Made by a program: the position numbers and the translations under genes. Of a stretch of 64,000 nt of DNA, positions 63,491 through 64,000 are shown one piece after another; position 1 is the first letter of the stretch; the number at the start of each line of letters is the position of its first letter. The notes under the pieces were generated by a model. It was not told where the DNA came from. It saw only the letters and a program-made list of their open reading frames with translations, and made no database searches. This DNA is from Convolutriloba macropyga (lineage: Eukaryota), in NCBI RefSeq assembly GCF_964194025.1, contig NC_134472.1:53568001-53632000 (forward strand). Reading direction: 5' to 3'.

Positions 63491-64000
63491 GTTAGTACCT
63501 CCTCCACAAATCAGCACAAATATTTTGGGCCGAGAAATCAATTAAGTCAAATTGTAAATTAGAAAAATATTGAACGCAAAAAACTATGGACTCTTTTGTC
63601 CATATACAATATAGAATAAAAATAAATGCACTTGAAAAAGGAAACCAAAAGTTTAATCTGAAAGCAAACCTGGAAATGTTCAATGCATTTTGTTTTGCTT
63701 CGTATTTTTGTTGCGTTTCAATTTAACCAGTTTTAATGATAGAGAACGAGTGTGAAAAATAAACCTTTGATTATGAGGATTTTTAGATAAAAAATATGCT
63801 CCCCGTAATGACATGAGCGTTCTGTCTGCTTACAATTGAACGAACTCAAAAATCAATAATCACTGATTCGGAAGTTGAATGTAATATACAGAGCTTACGC
63901 AACTAAGATTATGCCTGACCAGAGTCAAGTTACTTTCGTTAAATAGATAATTAACAACAACGTTTTAAAACGTGCGTGAATTTTTTATCTAAAATCTCAT

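Overview
AT-rich, repeat-dominated eukaryotic window, probably a non-vertebrate animal, with a 200-N gap at 30541-30740. The first ~59 kb has no recognisable host gene. It holds a decayed Polinton/adintovirus-like remnant (A32/FtsK-type ATPase, with a nearby tRNA-like Pol III cassette), several MITE families (CCC-terminated EnSpm/CMC-like; GG-terminated Merlin-like with 8-bp TSDs), decayed Gypsy, CR1/L2, R4-like and CRE-like retroelements, and tandem segmental repeats. Two structures stand out. The first is a ~4.2-kb Helitron-like array (A|TC...CTAG|T ends, internal CTAG|TCTATA head-to-tail junction) carrying about 10 degenerate tRNA-like cassettes, nested inside a MITE. The second is a near-intact CRE-type RT/RLE retrotransposon with an N-terminal PHD finger and an upstream SGNH-esterase-like ORF, fused through (TA)n to a structured 122-nt unit and flanked by a ~1-kb direct duplication of target DNA. 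The last 4.4 kb is a compact same-strand cluster of ERLIN and TTC8/BBS8 (both with intronless CDS) and the first two coding exons of RACK1. Each has a splice-acceptor-like site just upstream of its ATG, suggesting an operon or trans-splicing. All family calls come from motif recognition by eye; no searches were run.
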